Position numbers and translations under genes: made by a program
Assembly: GCF_003704095.1 (NCBI RefSeq)
Contig: NW_020847248.1
Coordinates: 124,001 to 188,000 of the forward strand
DNA length: 64,000 nt
Direction of reading: 5' to 3'
DNA from: Pocillopora damicornis
Taxonomy: Eukaryota
Notes under the pieces: generated by a model
What the model was told of the DNA's origin: nothing
The model's input: the letters and a program-made list of their open reading frames with translations, nothing else
Database searches by the model: none
In this document: piece by piece, positions 34,001 through 47,362 of the stretch
Position numbering within the stretch: the first letter of the stretch is position 1
How the letters are laid out: the number at the start of each line of letters is the position of its first letter

Positions 34001-35903
34001 AGGTATAATGTAGAACCATTTGATAGTTTCAGTAAGATAGAAAAACACCCGAAAGGTAAAGATATATCAAGACAGAACAAGGAAAGCCGCAGATGGAGAA
34101 GATGGTTAGGGATTGCAGATACTGTAGATCCAGAAAGCACCACTCATCCTCCCTGCATTTCTTTTCAATCGCTCGATGGACTCCGCAGGGAACGAGGGAT
34201 TAATAGCAGTTTTGACACTTTTGCAAATGCGAAGGTTAAACGATATCCCTCTTCCTGTTAAAAACGTTCTGACATATGATTTTGAAAGCAATTAGAATAC
34301 TCTTCTAAAAGAGCACGAAAAGCAATAACTTTTGTATTGTTTTCGAAAATGTATGAATTTAGTTTCCTACTTTTCTTCGAATGGAAAATACGAAGTCTGG
34401 CGGATTTGGTAACGAAACAGATTACAGCTCTATTGTTTCTGAGTGAAACTCTTCCAGGAATTGCCAAAAGTGTACTTACATGGATATGGCAACGAAGATA
34501 CCATATTCTAGCAATGGAATTCATATAGATAACATGAATGAAAATGTACAATTCACTTACTAAACAAATAATACAATTCTATGTACAGAGCCAGGTGTGA
34601 TACGAAAAAGAATAAGAATTTTTTTTCATAAAGAAATCGAAGAGGAGGTTCTCAAACGTTCAGCGTCTATTTCGGCTTTCCTTGAACGTAGAGTTTTTTA
34701 TTTCAAGCAGTGATTCCTCGCCTTTAGGTAAAGTTAGGGATGGAAGACAAATGATAACTAACGGTATTGAAAAAAATGTTAATGAGTGCTAATTGGAAAA
34801 AAAAAAAAAAACGTTTCAAATGTAGGATATTGCATCATAATTTTTGTTATTTTCGCGTATTCAGTTTCTACTTTTTAAGCGTTTCGGTGGCATTCAAATC
34901 TTTAATTTTTTTTTTCTTTTTTTTTACAGACGATTGTCACGAAGTGGTTATTTTTTTACTGTCTCAGAAAAGATTATCCTTTCATTGAATTCTATAGGAT
35001 TAGTGGTAAGTAGACAGTATAGTCCCAGCAGTTTGAGTGCGAAAAAAAAATGCAGTAATCGAATCAGTGATTTAAAAGCTCCTCCAAACATTTCTGTCGT
35101 TTCAGCGCAAACCGAAAATTTATCGCAAGGTAATTTTATTAACTGTTAAGTTCAGTGTGAAATTTCATGAGAGGTCAAATGTGATCAGACCATGAGTCCT
35201 TTAGTTAAAGTTTACGGTACATTATTAAGTTGATCACGTTTTCAGTTATTGTGAGCAATGATATTTTTTCACAGCTCGTTTCAAAACGCAGTTAAAAAAA
35301 AAAAATGTTAGTTAAAAATAATTTCTTCCACCAGATGTAAGAAATAAGAAATTGACCCTCGTCAGTGGATTCCAAACAAGTACGACAGAAATAGACAATG
35401 AGACAAAACCAAATTCATTAGTTCCCAATTTAGCCATAAGTTATTCTTTGAACTTCTCAAAACCCTCTTAGCGACTTCAGAACCTCAGAAAAGAGGCACG
35501 AGAACTCAAAAGTAGAAGAAGAAGGGTCCATTGCCCTCTTTCTCCTTGAGTATTTTTATGAGAGGGAAAGATATGGCAGGTTTATATAGCAGGGAAAAAA
35601 TTGCGTGACGGTGAAAACTTCCATGACGGCCCGTGACACGATTTCAGATCAATTGACTCATCAAACCATTTCATGCTGGTGAAAGCCATATGGCTCCCAT
35701 ATGTTCTATAAAAATGTTATTCATCTGGTGTGCAAATTTCTCACACAAGATACTACTAATATACCCATCAGCTTCCCAGGAGTCTCCAGTCGTAATTGAC
35801 AAACGATGTTATGTATTATAATGTTTGGCATGGTCGATATTTGATGAATAGAGAACTTTTTCCGTGTGTACTTATCTTCATTGGACATCTCATCTCTTAT
35901 CGA

Positions 35904-35950
35904 CCAATCAGAGCGTTGGCAGAGTTTCAGTTATTCATACCAGTATATAT
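35904..35950 (+). promoter_or_regulatory. Putative CCAAT + TATA promoter of the lipoxygenase gene
   Basis: CCAATCAGA at 35904 and TATATAT at 35944. A candidate 5'UTR exon then ends at a GTAAGG donor (36004), with an AG acceptor at about 36090 just upstream of ATG 36125. Confidence 0.45.
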
Positions 35951-36124
35951 CGGATTTTGTGTTGCTTAGACCGCACACCAGGATTTGCATTTGCAGTGTT
36001 TATGTAAGGGTTCATTTTAGTTTTTACCCCTTCACATTTATCTCGCCGTTTGTAACAACGCGCCCATTTTTTTTTTTTCATACAGTATAGTTTCGAGACT
36101 AATCGGAGCATTTTGATGTTCATA

Positions 36125-39100
36125 ATGCTGTTGCAAATAATGACCCTCCTCCTGCTGGTCGGAGTGTTGGCATCAGAACAAAGGTAAGCGGCACCGCAAC
36201 ATCAACACATTTCAATATCTATCTTGAAATACGGTCCAAAAGTAAAGATCGCCCACGTCCGAAAAGAGGTTTGATGAGAAAACAAGGGCGAAATATCTTT
36301 TCTTAGACGTATCCAACAAACAAATACAATCCAGGGGCCTTTCTGAGGAAGAAGAAGGACAGGAAGTGACTATGAAAAAGGTCAGAAAGTGAAATGATGC
36401 ATTCAACAGTTATTTACCTAACGGGAAGGCCAAACCGCCGTTTGTAAATGAATACTCTGCTCTAGAGTTCCTTGAATCTTACCCTCTGATATACCACTTC
36501 TGCTTGTGGAGGCAGAAGAGAACAGATCCTTTAGGATAATTCGATAAAAACTTTGTTTAGACATAAATTTGTCTATAAATTCTTCCTGTTGGAAACCCCT
36601 GTATGGCAGTGGCACACCCCGCTGGTATGCATGCATGATGAACATCTCTTGGCTTCGTGATTCCCAGAAAAATGTTATGTTATACAGAATCAATATTACT
36701 TTAAAATACGAATAAAATATTTGTGTTTAGTCGAATATCCGGATTTACTGATTACAAATACTGCATGCGCCTTCGATCTTCTTTGCGATCAGCGTGCCTG
36801 AGTGCAGATGTTTTCTTTCACAGTACATTTTATATCTAAAAGTGACCCCTGGCTCCATAAAAATGGATAAAGTGAATTAATCTACACAATCTGGAGATGT
36901 TGGTTGAAGGACTTCCATAAATCCTCTTTGAATTTTCCGCGTCAAAAGAAATAATTCCAAGCTTATCTTTTTTTTTCGTTTGTCTGTTGCTTCACCAGCG
37001 TCGAAGAAAATCACGGACGAAGAAGACAAGCAAGGCAAGCTGGAGGTAAACGTTTCGAACATGAATCAGTATGCATATTCTCCATACAATCATTTACACG
37101 TTCCCTATGTTACTCAAAAGGAGAACTTGTCTATCTAACAAGATTTTCTTCAGCTGGTGATCATTTTCTTTATTCTCAAGACCCCAGTGTTTGTTTCAGG
37201 ACTGATACTGTAGGGAGAAATTAGACGCCAGTCACTCTCAGGGATAATGAGTTAAAAGCGGTACTAATCCTTCGACTCACAGAAGTTATCTATCCTAAAA
37301 AATCATTGCATTACCTGGCAGAAAGGTTATTTCAGCCAGGGTGTGATATCTCGATAGAAATCCAGTTCTCTTAGCCAAGAGTTTCAACAATTTGTTCCAC
37401 AAGCGGCTGTCGATGGTGTAATTGGCGGCCGTGTCCGAAAATGGGCCGTGAGGCGAAAGCCCAAACACGAAGTCCTGCTCGCGCGATAAAAAGATGGCCT
37501 TAAATGGGGCTTAAATAGGCAGCGGCAGATCGCTGGTAACTCGTATTCATTGAAAAATATGTGTGGAAATGCGTAGGAGCTTAATAAATTCCTGATCAGA
37601 TCTTGGGATTTGCTTGATTTCTTCATAAAAATCATTCACACTTTTTTTAGTGCGAGTACATTGTAAATTGTACATAAATTGACGTTTCAAGCGTTAGCCC
37701 TTCGTCAGAGCGATTGACGAGGGGCTAACGCTCGAAACATCAGGCTTTAAACTCTTTGCGGTGGCCAATTTACGTTCTCAACTCAGTTGCTAACACTAAA
37801 TTGCTTGCTTGTCACACAGTTGGTTATGGATTGGTATATCCTTGTGATAATTACATTGTTATAAAATAGCGATCAATAATGAAAAATCAAATTAAAGTTT
37901 AGTTATCACGCCATCTTCCTCTCGCGTCTTCTTCTTAGGGGGGTTAAATTGCCCCATTGGTCTTCCTCAGAAATCTACCGACGAATGCCGAGATATTCGC
38001 GAAAAAGACCTGGAAGTCCAGAGGGGAATTTATCAACTGGCAGTACGCGAACCTTTGCCTATGCCATTAGTTAATATGAGCGCGTTAACACTCATCCAAT
38101 TGCTTTCACAAGACGAGTTTGCAAAGGAACAGTTTAATGGTTACGTTGGTATGCTGAGGAAAAACAAAGGCTTCACCGCACAGTGGAAAAAGCAACATCC
38201 TGGAGAGATTACAGAGTTCCAGGATTATGCAAATATTTTTAACGATTTTAGAAGTACACTGGGAGATGATGTAAGTAATAAATGGTTTAAAAAGAAGCCG
38301 TTTACTTGGGATAATAAAATGGTATCGAGATCTCGGCCGATAGCTCGCCGGTAGTTGGTAGAGAATTGGTCGACAGCATGACCGTCCAATCGACCATCCA
38401 CCGACGGTCGGTCAGCCATTGGCCGACTATAGAACAACAATCAGCCGATAGACGATTGACTATTGGCTGATTTATTAAGCGACATATTCTTAAATATCCT
38501 TAAATTCTGGAGAGATTTTATTCCAAGTTGATTGAACCACAATCAGTCATTTTTCGTTGAGAACTAGATTTCATTATATACGTAACCAGCTTGAAGCATT
38601 CAAAACGTAAGAGATGGAGTTAAGAATGGTCTACATTTTGTAATTGATGATGTATTTGTCGGGAGCATTACTTGCTAAAAAGAAGTTCTCCAATCATTCC
38701 TTTCAAATCTTGGGAATCTTCATTTCCTCACTACTCAAAGCCTAGACCATAGGACAAGCAATTTTAAAATGAATTAAAATGTCTTTTAGAGGAAATCAAA
38801 GACTAAATATTCAAATGCCTAAAAGTTCGCCCAAGTGGGATATAACCTTCATCCTTATTTTAATTGCACCATTTTTTTAACTACAGGGAAGTACTGGGTT
38901 CTATCGGTACGTCACGAATGTCGAGCCATTTCAGAATATTTTGGAGGACTGGAGAGAGGATGATATGTTCACTGAGCAGAGGCTTAGTGGCTGTAATCCC
39001 ATGGTGCTTCGCAGGGTGACAGAAGATTCATGTAAGTTTAATTTGTGCCCATAAAAGTGAAGAGGAGTGTTAAGTTTAGGCTAGCCTGCTTTGCTGATTG

Positions 39101-42100
39101 TTTCGTGGATGTTTAAAGTATCGGAACAACGAAATGACGCTTTGAGTGGCCTAAAAATCTGTTAGCCAGTTTTCTGTCTTTTTTTAACTGAAAGTTACTC
39201 ATTTCTTTGAAGAGTACTCAGAATCGTTATTTCTGTAATTTCTTGATTTCACCAAGTCGCCGTCACAAAGTTTTTTTTTCAGAAATATTTTCCGCTCCAA
39301 GGATTTTACGATAGGGTTTTCTTTCGGCACTCTGATTTCTTTATATTAATACTAGTAGTTTGTGTAAGCATCATTTACCTCCACCCACAGCTCTTAGCTC
39401 CTGTCCTCTGCTTATTGGTTATAACAATGTTCAGTAGGAGCTGGGTACTATTGCATTTTTAGCTGAAGTGGGTCTCAGATGGTCAGAATTGGTCAAGACA
39501 CTTAGTCCAAGCTACGACTGGGAAAAGGCGATACAGACTGCGATGGAAACAGATGAATCGTTAGCACAGGTTTGTCTGCTACATTTCGGGCTCGTTTCTT
39601 GTAATCAAGGTCGATGTGGATCGAACGAAAGGGCACTGCACTGCTTAAAACAGTACAAATAAACGTTTTTTGGTCGGGACATCACTTTTCTCTCTCTGAG
39701 AGAGAATATATAAAGTCTTCAAGTGCATGGGTTTGAATCATGAGCTAATTAAACTGCATTTAATAATTAAAAGTTCAAGTTCAGAGGTAGATTAATGAGA
39801 AATTTAACCCTGATGAGAGACTTCATATGTGATGCTCCATTTTCTTTGACTTGATAAAAGGTAGACAATTAAAAGGTGGTGTATTTGGCGTAAATAACTC
39901 ATTCATCCTTATGACTTAACTCAATTACTCTCAGGCTATAAAGAATGGCGATGTTTATGTTCTGCGATATGAAATGTTTGATGACATGGCTACCTTCCCT
40001 GATTATTCTGAGAAGCGACCGGGTCGCACAATGTGGCCGTCGAAATCACCAATAGCTTTGTTTGCCCTGAACAAGGAAAAACGACTACGAGCAGCAGCAA
40101 TTCAGACCGATTACAAGCCAGGTTGGGCATATTGTTAAGAACCCTCTGAATCAAGATCTGATTATAAATCTTCCCTCTAGTTAGTGAAATATTCTTAAAA
40201 AGCAGTGAATAAAAAAGGGACTGATTCACGGCACAGCAAAAGTTTCACCCAGTTCAATCGATAAATAATGACGCACAACACTTCTAAGGAAGGGGTGGGA
40301 GGGGAACTTCAATGTTATAAAGATCGAAACGCTCCATCAACACCCGTTTCTACTCTTAATTCGCGCACATAGGAACTTGATGGTCACATTTGCAACGAGG
40401 GCATTGAAATATTGATGTTGTCTATCGGAGTATGGAATACCAGAATGAAGACCCCTTTACAGGATATAAGTTGGCACTAAGGGTAGAGTTTGTACTCAAG
40501 CTTATAGGCCCTCCAAGCCGGAGCTTATCCCGGTTTTCAAGCGGCGTGAAGTGACTAAGAGAATTATTACTTCTCCCTTGATGAGGGTCCGATGCTAGTT
40601 TTTTGCAAGGATAAGTAGAATCTGCCAAGTATTTAATGGCTTGAATACGGAAGTAACAGCTAATCGTCTGAATGTGGATAGCCCTGGAAAGAATTGTTGT
40701 CGATGTCTCTGCTAGGATCCTCTATACGATTACCTTCTGCCTACTGATAAAACTCTTTAAAGGGTCAAAGCAATTTACATACTTATTTATTCTTCTATTC
40801 TGATTTTTTTGTTACCAGATTCGCCCGTTTTCGCCCCTAGTGATGGTGGGTCCTGGATGTTGGCCAGACAGGTTGTCCAGGCAACAGATTACACGCACAG
40901 CCAGATGATAGAACATCTTCTAAAGGTCAGGAGTCGTCGTTTCCATTGTTATTGTCGTAATAAATATTTTGGTAACATTACTATTATTATTATTATTATT
41001 ATGTTATCATCATCATCATTGTTATGTTTATTGTATATACCATCATTACAACAAGCAGTTGGTCCTGCGAGAATTATTTCGCTCTCAGAGCTTTCAAAAC
41101 AATTTCAAACTTCTTCATGATTGAATTTTAATGGCCCTTAGGTCCATCTTTTGGCAGAACCCTTTTGCGTGGTCATGCACCGTCACCTTTCCTCTCAGCA
41201 CCCGCTGAATGAGCTCCTCAAGTACCACTGTAGGGGCCTTTTAGCTACAAACACCTTGGGCTCACCATCGCTGGTCAACGAAGGTGGTTACATGGACATT
41301 CTGACCGCCATAGGCCACAAAGGAACCATACTACTCTTGGAGCGAGGCTACAAGACGTTGGGTTGGAAAGACACAGATTTTCATCAGGACATAAAGGTAG
41401 CAAATAAGATTATCTTTGCCTTTTCGGAAAAAGAAAGAAAAAAATCGAATTAATTCCCTGTCCATACGAGGGGTGCGTCGTCTTGGCTTGAACTATCGGG
41501 AAATAAACTTTAAAAAGACCTTTACAGGTATTTCTTTAGGTGTTAAATTTCTGTTTGGTATATACTCGTCTTGAGAGTACAAAAGACACACCGCAGTAGC
41601 TTAGATGAATTCAAAGCACGTAGGGTACTTGAAACTCAAGCCAAGATATAAATAACATTACTCTAAATATCTCGAGCTCTCTTGGAGCGATTGAATGAAT
41701 GAATACATTAAAAACAGTTTTATCTTATCCACAACCCCTCTAATTTCAAATTCTTACCTTACTCCGTGAAGCGAACTCGCCTGCTGCCAGATTCCACAGA
41801 TTTTAATTGACGATGACGTCAGCATTTTCCCGCGAGATTAGGCGTCTTTCTCGCTTTTTCGTTGACGCGTTAACATATGAAATAGAAAAAAAAAAATTCG
41901 CCTATTTTCGCAGATGACTGAACCTCTAAAAATCTTAAGCTTGAATCAACGTCGCATTTTAACTTTGCAAGGCTCTCAGCCGTCAATGGGTACTTATTTT
42001 TCATCGTAGCAATCTTCAGGCAATAAAAAAAATCATTTCTCTCTCCAGAAACGGGGCCTTGATGACAAAATCAAATTTCCTTACTTTCCGTATCGCGATG

Positions 42101-44697
42101 ACAACAGATTGTTACTGATGGCAATATCAAGAATGGTGGAGGATTACATTTGGGTGTAAGTTAAAACATGAAAGCGAATTTTAATTTGCATTTATCCGTT
42201 CTTATTCCCATTCTCCTCTATGAACAAGAAAACCGTATTTCATAACTGTTTTTACCAATCTCTTGCATCTACTCAATTTGATGTAGATTCATCATCAGAA
42301 TGTCAACTTCGCCAAAATAAATACCTATTTTAGCCTTTGAGAACTATGTCAAGAAATTCTAAGCTATTATTTTTGGTCCATGAATACCGTGCTCAACTGG
42401 AGGGAAATCTTTTGCCAAGGTAAACAAAATATGACGAAAGAAGAACAAATAAAAACTGAACTGTATGAATGTTAGGTATGGCAACAAGAAACAAAGATAA
42501 CAAATTGAAAGTTTCTTACCTCAAAAGAAAGGACATTAATCCTATTTCGATTTTAAACACAAAGAAGATAGTGAAAAAGAAGATTGACTTCTCTCCGTAC
42601 AGAAGCTCAGTGACAGATAAAGTCATCCTTTCTCAGAAACAAAGCCGACACACGGGTAATAGCATAATGTACCCGTAACAGCCAAGATTCAGTGACATAA
42701 AAATAAAAAATTCAAAATAATGAAAAAATATCCGATGGTATGATCATTTTCTTTCAGTTTTTACAAACGAGACAAGGATGTCCGGGAGGACGAAGAGTTA
42801 CAAGCCTATGTAAATGAGTTATCTATTGAGGGGACTGGACCGAATGGTGGATCTGGCCAGGTAATGAAAAGACATGGAATGGGCCAAAACCGGAAGGTTT
42901 TAGTTTGCATTCACTACGAGAGCCTGGTATTAGTTATCCGGTGTCTAAATTTGCTACTAATAAATGTAGATAAAATACTGGAGCCCCTATACTACAAGGT
43001 AATCGGTAGCAAAAGTAATTGTTAAGGGTGAAAATAGGTCAAGAGCCCCCCTAACCACCATCATAAGCCAAGGGCGTAGCTAGGGGGAGGATGTGGGGTC
43101 GTGGGGTTTCCCGTGGACCCCCCTCCCTTTGCAGGTCTTTTTTGTCACATTAAGTAAAACACGGCGTGGTGGTCGATCTCACAATCCTTTAATTTCCCTC
43201 TGTTGGACACAGTGTGATCCCCCCTCTGAAAATCCTGGTTACGCCCTTATAGGCGATACCAACATTGAATTTATTACAACTTTGGCTGAAACGCCAATCA
43301 TTCTTCTTATAACAGCTGAAACCTGCTAAACCTAAAATAAGCTTGAAACTGCCAAAGGTGATCATATTGATCCAAGATATGTATGCAAGACTTTCCAAAT
43401 AAATTCTTCGCGTTGGTCTCCGTTTCGAGAGGGACTCGTTTATCAATCTTCGTTTTTCTCATTTTGTACGATAGGTTAAAGACTTTCCGGCCGTGTTGGA
43501 GACTAAGAGCGAGCTTATAGACGTGATAACGAGATTGCTGTGGTTGTTAAGTGTGAAGCATTCTACGGTAAATTATCCCGTGAGTGACTACGGAGCCTTT
43601 ACACCTGTCTTGCCAACCAAGCTTTATAATGACACCAGTGTACCGCCAGGAGTGTTCTCCGAGTTGAATTTACCAAATCGCAACATATCCCTTGTAAGTA
43701 TTTCTAGCCAATCAGTCATTCAATTGATCGATCCATTTCTCTTATTACAAATTAATGGTGTTACAGACGGTGTGTATTGGGCATTTGTTCCATCAGTAAT
43801 CCAGTTATAAGCAGGACTATTAATCTTGGAGAAATTTGTCAGAGAGTCTGTCAGACTGTCAATACGTCTAGTGGTCAGGAAGTTAGAGAACCGATCTGAA
43901 TGATAGTCACAGGTTAGTCACTCAATCGTTTGGTCGATTGAATGACAAAAAAAAACTTTCTTTACAATGATAAGAAATACGAAAAGTGGTGTCAGTTAGT
44001 CAGACAGGCTGTTTGATCGTCAGGAAGTCAGGCGGCCCAACTGACAGATAGTCACACGTCATGATCAGTCAGTCAATCGGTTGATCGATTGAACGGCAAA
44101 TTAAAAAATTTTTCCTCAAATACGAAATAAGAAAAGAGAAGAAATAGGGCAGGTATCTCACGAATTTTCAACTCCTCTCCTTAAAATGGAGGCCTTTCTC
44201 AAGATCTTGACTGTTACTCCCTTTACTTCCGCATAGATAGAAATGTAGACTACTAATCAGATGGGAGGATATTCTCATCTTTTTCTTTTGTTAGCTAGTT
44301 AGAAAGTTTATCTTAAGAGCGATTCTAATTTTCTAAAGAGCTTTATCTCAAGTAAAGATGACCATGTACGCGAGTTATTCAATTCTCTCTAATTTGAACC
44401 ATTTAATTTCCTTCAAGCCTTTCACCCTGCACATGCGCTAACAACCTCTTTTGTTCCCTATAGGCCCAGATCGAGGTAGCTATGAACGTGGGAACATACC
44501 ATTATGACACGTTATTTGATTACTACGGGCAGCTCAAGAATCCAGCAGCAAAGCAAGTGGTTAGGTTTTATTTCTATTACCTTAAGTATGCCGTCAGTCC
44601 CAGGCTTAAGTTCAGGAACTATCGGAGACTTAAGGCTGGCCATCTCACTTATCCATATCTACAACATCCTTGGATTCCAAACGGAGTCCAGACATGA
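36125..44697 (+). CDS. Lipoxygenase, 633 aa, 12 coding exons, predicted secreted and lacking the PLAT domain
   Basis: Exons 36125-36183, 36999-37045, 37939-38270, 38887-39031, 39463-39569, 39935-40121, 40819-40925, 41142-41396, 42049-42155, 42758-42860, 43475-43693 and 44464-44697 total 1902 nt in frame. LOX motifs: WREDDMFTEQRLSGCNP, HSQMIEHLLKVHLLAEPF, HPLNELLKYH, FPYRDD, HSTVNY and terminal WIPNGVQT*. Confidence 0.92.
37679..37745. ncRNA. Inverted pair of minimal hammerhead-like motifs (Penelope-like repeat)
   Basis: Minus copy CTGACGAAGGGCTAACGCTTGAAACGTC and plus copy TTGACGAGGGGCTAACGCTCGAAACATCAG are followed by the family tail ACTCTTT.CGGTGGCCAATTTAC. Confidence 0.5.
43071..43247. 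mobile_element. MITE with GC-rich TIRs (hAT-like) in a LOX intron
   Basis: Ends AGGGCGTAGCTAGG and CCTGGTTACGCCCT are imperfect reverse complements. Confidence 0.6.
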
Positions 44698-45611
44698 ATA
44701 ATAGACAGTTAGAATAAGTTACATTTAAAAGTTAAATGCGGGTATATTTTAGGAATGACAAATGTATTCTTCGTCGATGTGGTGAAGCTCAACTTTTTGA
44801 TCTGTTACAGACTCGGTCACCTCAAAAATTTGACTGTTGTTACAGGTCATTTCATAAAGCTAATTGTTTTAAACCTCTATCTTCTTGTGTACGCTGTGTA
44901 ATGGCGGATAGCTAATGAGAAAATGGATTGAAAATATGATGAGATGCCACCTTAATAGAGATATGGAGTCACAAACCGGCTCAACTTTAGTGTCTGCGTC
45001 CGCTCAGCAGAAGTGTCTGCTGACTACGGCTGTGTCTTACAGTAAATATGGGAAGTAAAAATTTAAAGTATGTTTGTCGTTCTCAAGTTCGCTTAGTACG
45101 GGTAATCCAATTATCATTATGTCCTTTTTCATATTTAGGCAATAACGAATGTAACGTTTCAATTGTTACTGAACAGATATCTTATTATCTCTGTTGATTC
45201 AAGTGTTCGTGATCTCTAGCTTGGCTGGCTTGTTACAGGCAAGGAAAGTTACACCACTAAAATTGTAAAATGATTTTAACACTTTATTGTAATGAATGAT
45301 CGTTATGGAATAAACTTGGAATGTCCATGGGAATCAACTGTGCCTTACTTTCTTAATCACTAATTGATATTATTCAAACGATAAATGGATTGATTTTGGC
45401 CTAATGTGCTAGCAAGAAACGGCTTAGAAATTTGGCCAATTTGGCCAAACAGTTGTATCTGATTTTGAAACCAGCTTACTCAAAAATTTTAAATCATTGG
45501 TCACCGAGATAGTAAATGGTGATGACCACTTTTCCAGATAAATACCTTCCAGCGAGTCATAAATGATCTGGTAAACTACGCTTTCCCACAACGGATCTCT
45601 CCTAGTCCCTT

Positions 45612-45656
<45 letters not shown>

Positions 45657-47362
45657 CATTTCAATCCTTCTTAGCTCTAAGTTTCCTGTGAATATTAGTC
45701 ATAAATGAAATATTTCAGAGAAACAGGAAGGTTAATATATAATTAAATTTTCTTGTCGAGTCTTGAAAGGATCATGGAAGAATGGAAAAAGCTTTCAAAA
45801 CATTCTTGAACTGAAAAACTGACCTCTGCTTCGTGCTCTGTTTGGAAATATTCCCCTCAGTCCCTATATTATCAACTTTTTAATTACCGCGTGGCTCATG
45901 CTAACTTTGAAGAATAACACTTTGGCGAATGCACCAGAAACAAAGCTTTCAATCAGTTAACCTCTTCATTAGCTTGTTGATAATAATGATAAAAAAATTT
46001 TTTACCTCTTCACTTTTCTTCACACATAAGTCAAAAGACAAGCCCCGGCTGAAGGTTTAAACATTGCATTTGCCGCACGCAAGATATACATTTCAATGAC
46101 ATTCCACACTCGAGTCTCGCGAAAAGTGGAAAATTGATTAAATATCCATTCATGAAAGCGTCACTTGCTCAGTGAGTGTGAACGGCACCTTCTTGGTGTA
46201 GAAAACACAGGAAATTTCACGATAGAACACCTTCTCATTCACCTTTTGTCTTCCTCGTTCTTTTGTTTCTTTTCTTTTCTTTTCTTTTTTTTTTTATTTA
46301 ACGTCAACTGTGTCTCTTACACCAAGTAAGAGCCGTGTGAACGAACCTCTCAGGTGACGCAGTATTAGTTACGCGAGGAGCAGTTGAGGATCTGAGCTCC
46401 CTGCAAGACATTGTATGTGACGAATGTTCTCCAGTATCACATTTAAATTGTGGGTAAAAATTTTGAGAATGAAACAAGAGCGCAGAGCATAAGTTTGATC
46501 ATTAAGGGTGGTTTTCAGATTGAAATCTCATGAAGCAATGAAAAGCTTAACTTTATAGGAAACAGCTGAATAACAAAAAAAGAAATACAAACCTTGAAAA
46601 TTTAATGTGGCCCATGCAGGATATAGTGTACTTTGGCGAATATTTCAGTTTGCTTTCACCGACCAACGAGCCACATGTGCGATGAAGGCCAGCAGCAGAA
46701 TGCTTTATATGTTTTTTAGGAGATTTTCATACGCACGATTAATATCGCATCTCCCACGAGATATAGGGTTCGCCTCTCACGCTGGTTAAGTACGTATTTT
46801 ACATTCTGCGAACGAAAAATAAAAAACAAGAGATAGTTCTTACACGAAAAGTTGAGAGAAATGACAATGTACAGAGTCTCTTGGAACACTGGTAATAGTT
46901 CCTACCAAGAATTCTTACACAGGTTGTGCCGCCCGACAGAACCTTGATTTAAGGACTCCTAGTATAACATTGGGAATCCTGAGATCTTGGCGATAAGTTA
47001 ACGGTTCATATAAATTTCGTTCTCTTCTTTTATTTTTTGTTTCTTTTGCCGCGTCTTTTGAGTTATAAACGCAAATATTTATTATTTGCGCGTAAAACCA
47101 ACGGTTGTGCAAGGATAGTGCGTTTTGTGGCAAAAAAATCACTCGAACTGTTCTTTCGGTGGGGCTGTGACGTTAACAGCAAAGTTCGACTCCTAGTTAT
47201 GTCATTCCCTATTAAATAAAGGAAATAGAGCGAAAGCTACACTCTAACGCATGTCTCTCATCAGTTGTCAAAGGAATTCTGTCCAACGCACTCAACCTAC
47301 AAAGGAATAAACGTGCCACAAATAAACCGCTGCCCACGGATAATTGCAGGTGCAAAATAAAG

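Noticed and set aside
33810-34551. Cluster of overlapping ORFs suggesting a decayed coding sequence
   Set aside because: There are stops in all frames and no recognisable domain. Probably a TE relic, but this cannot be supported.
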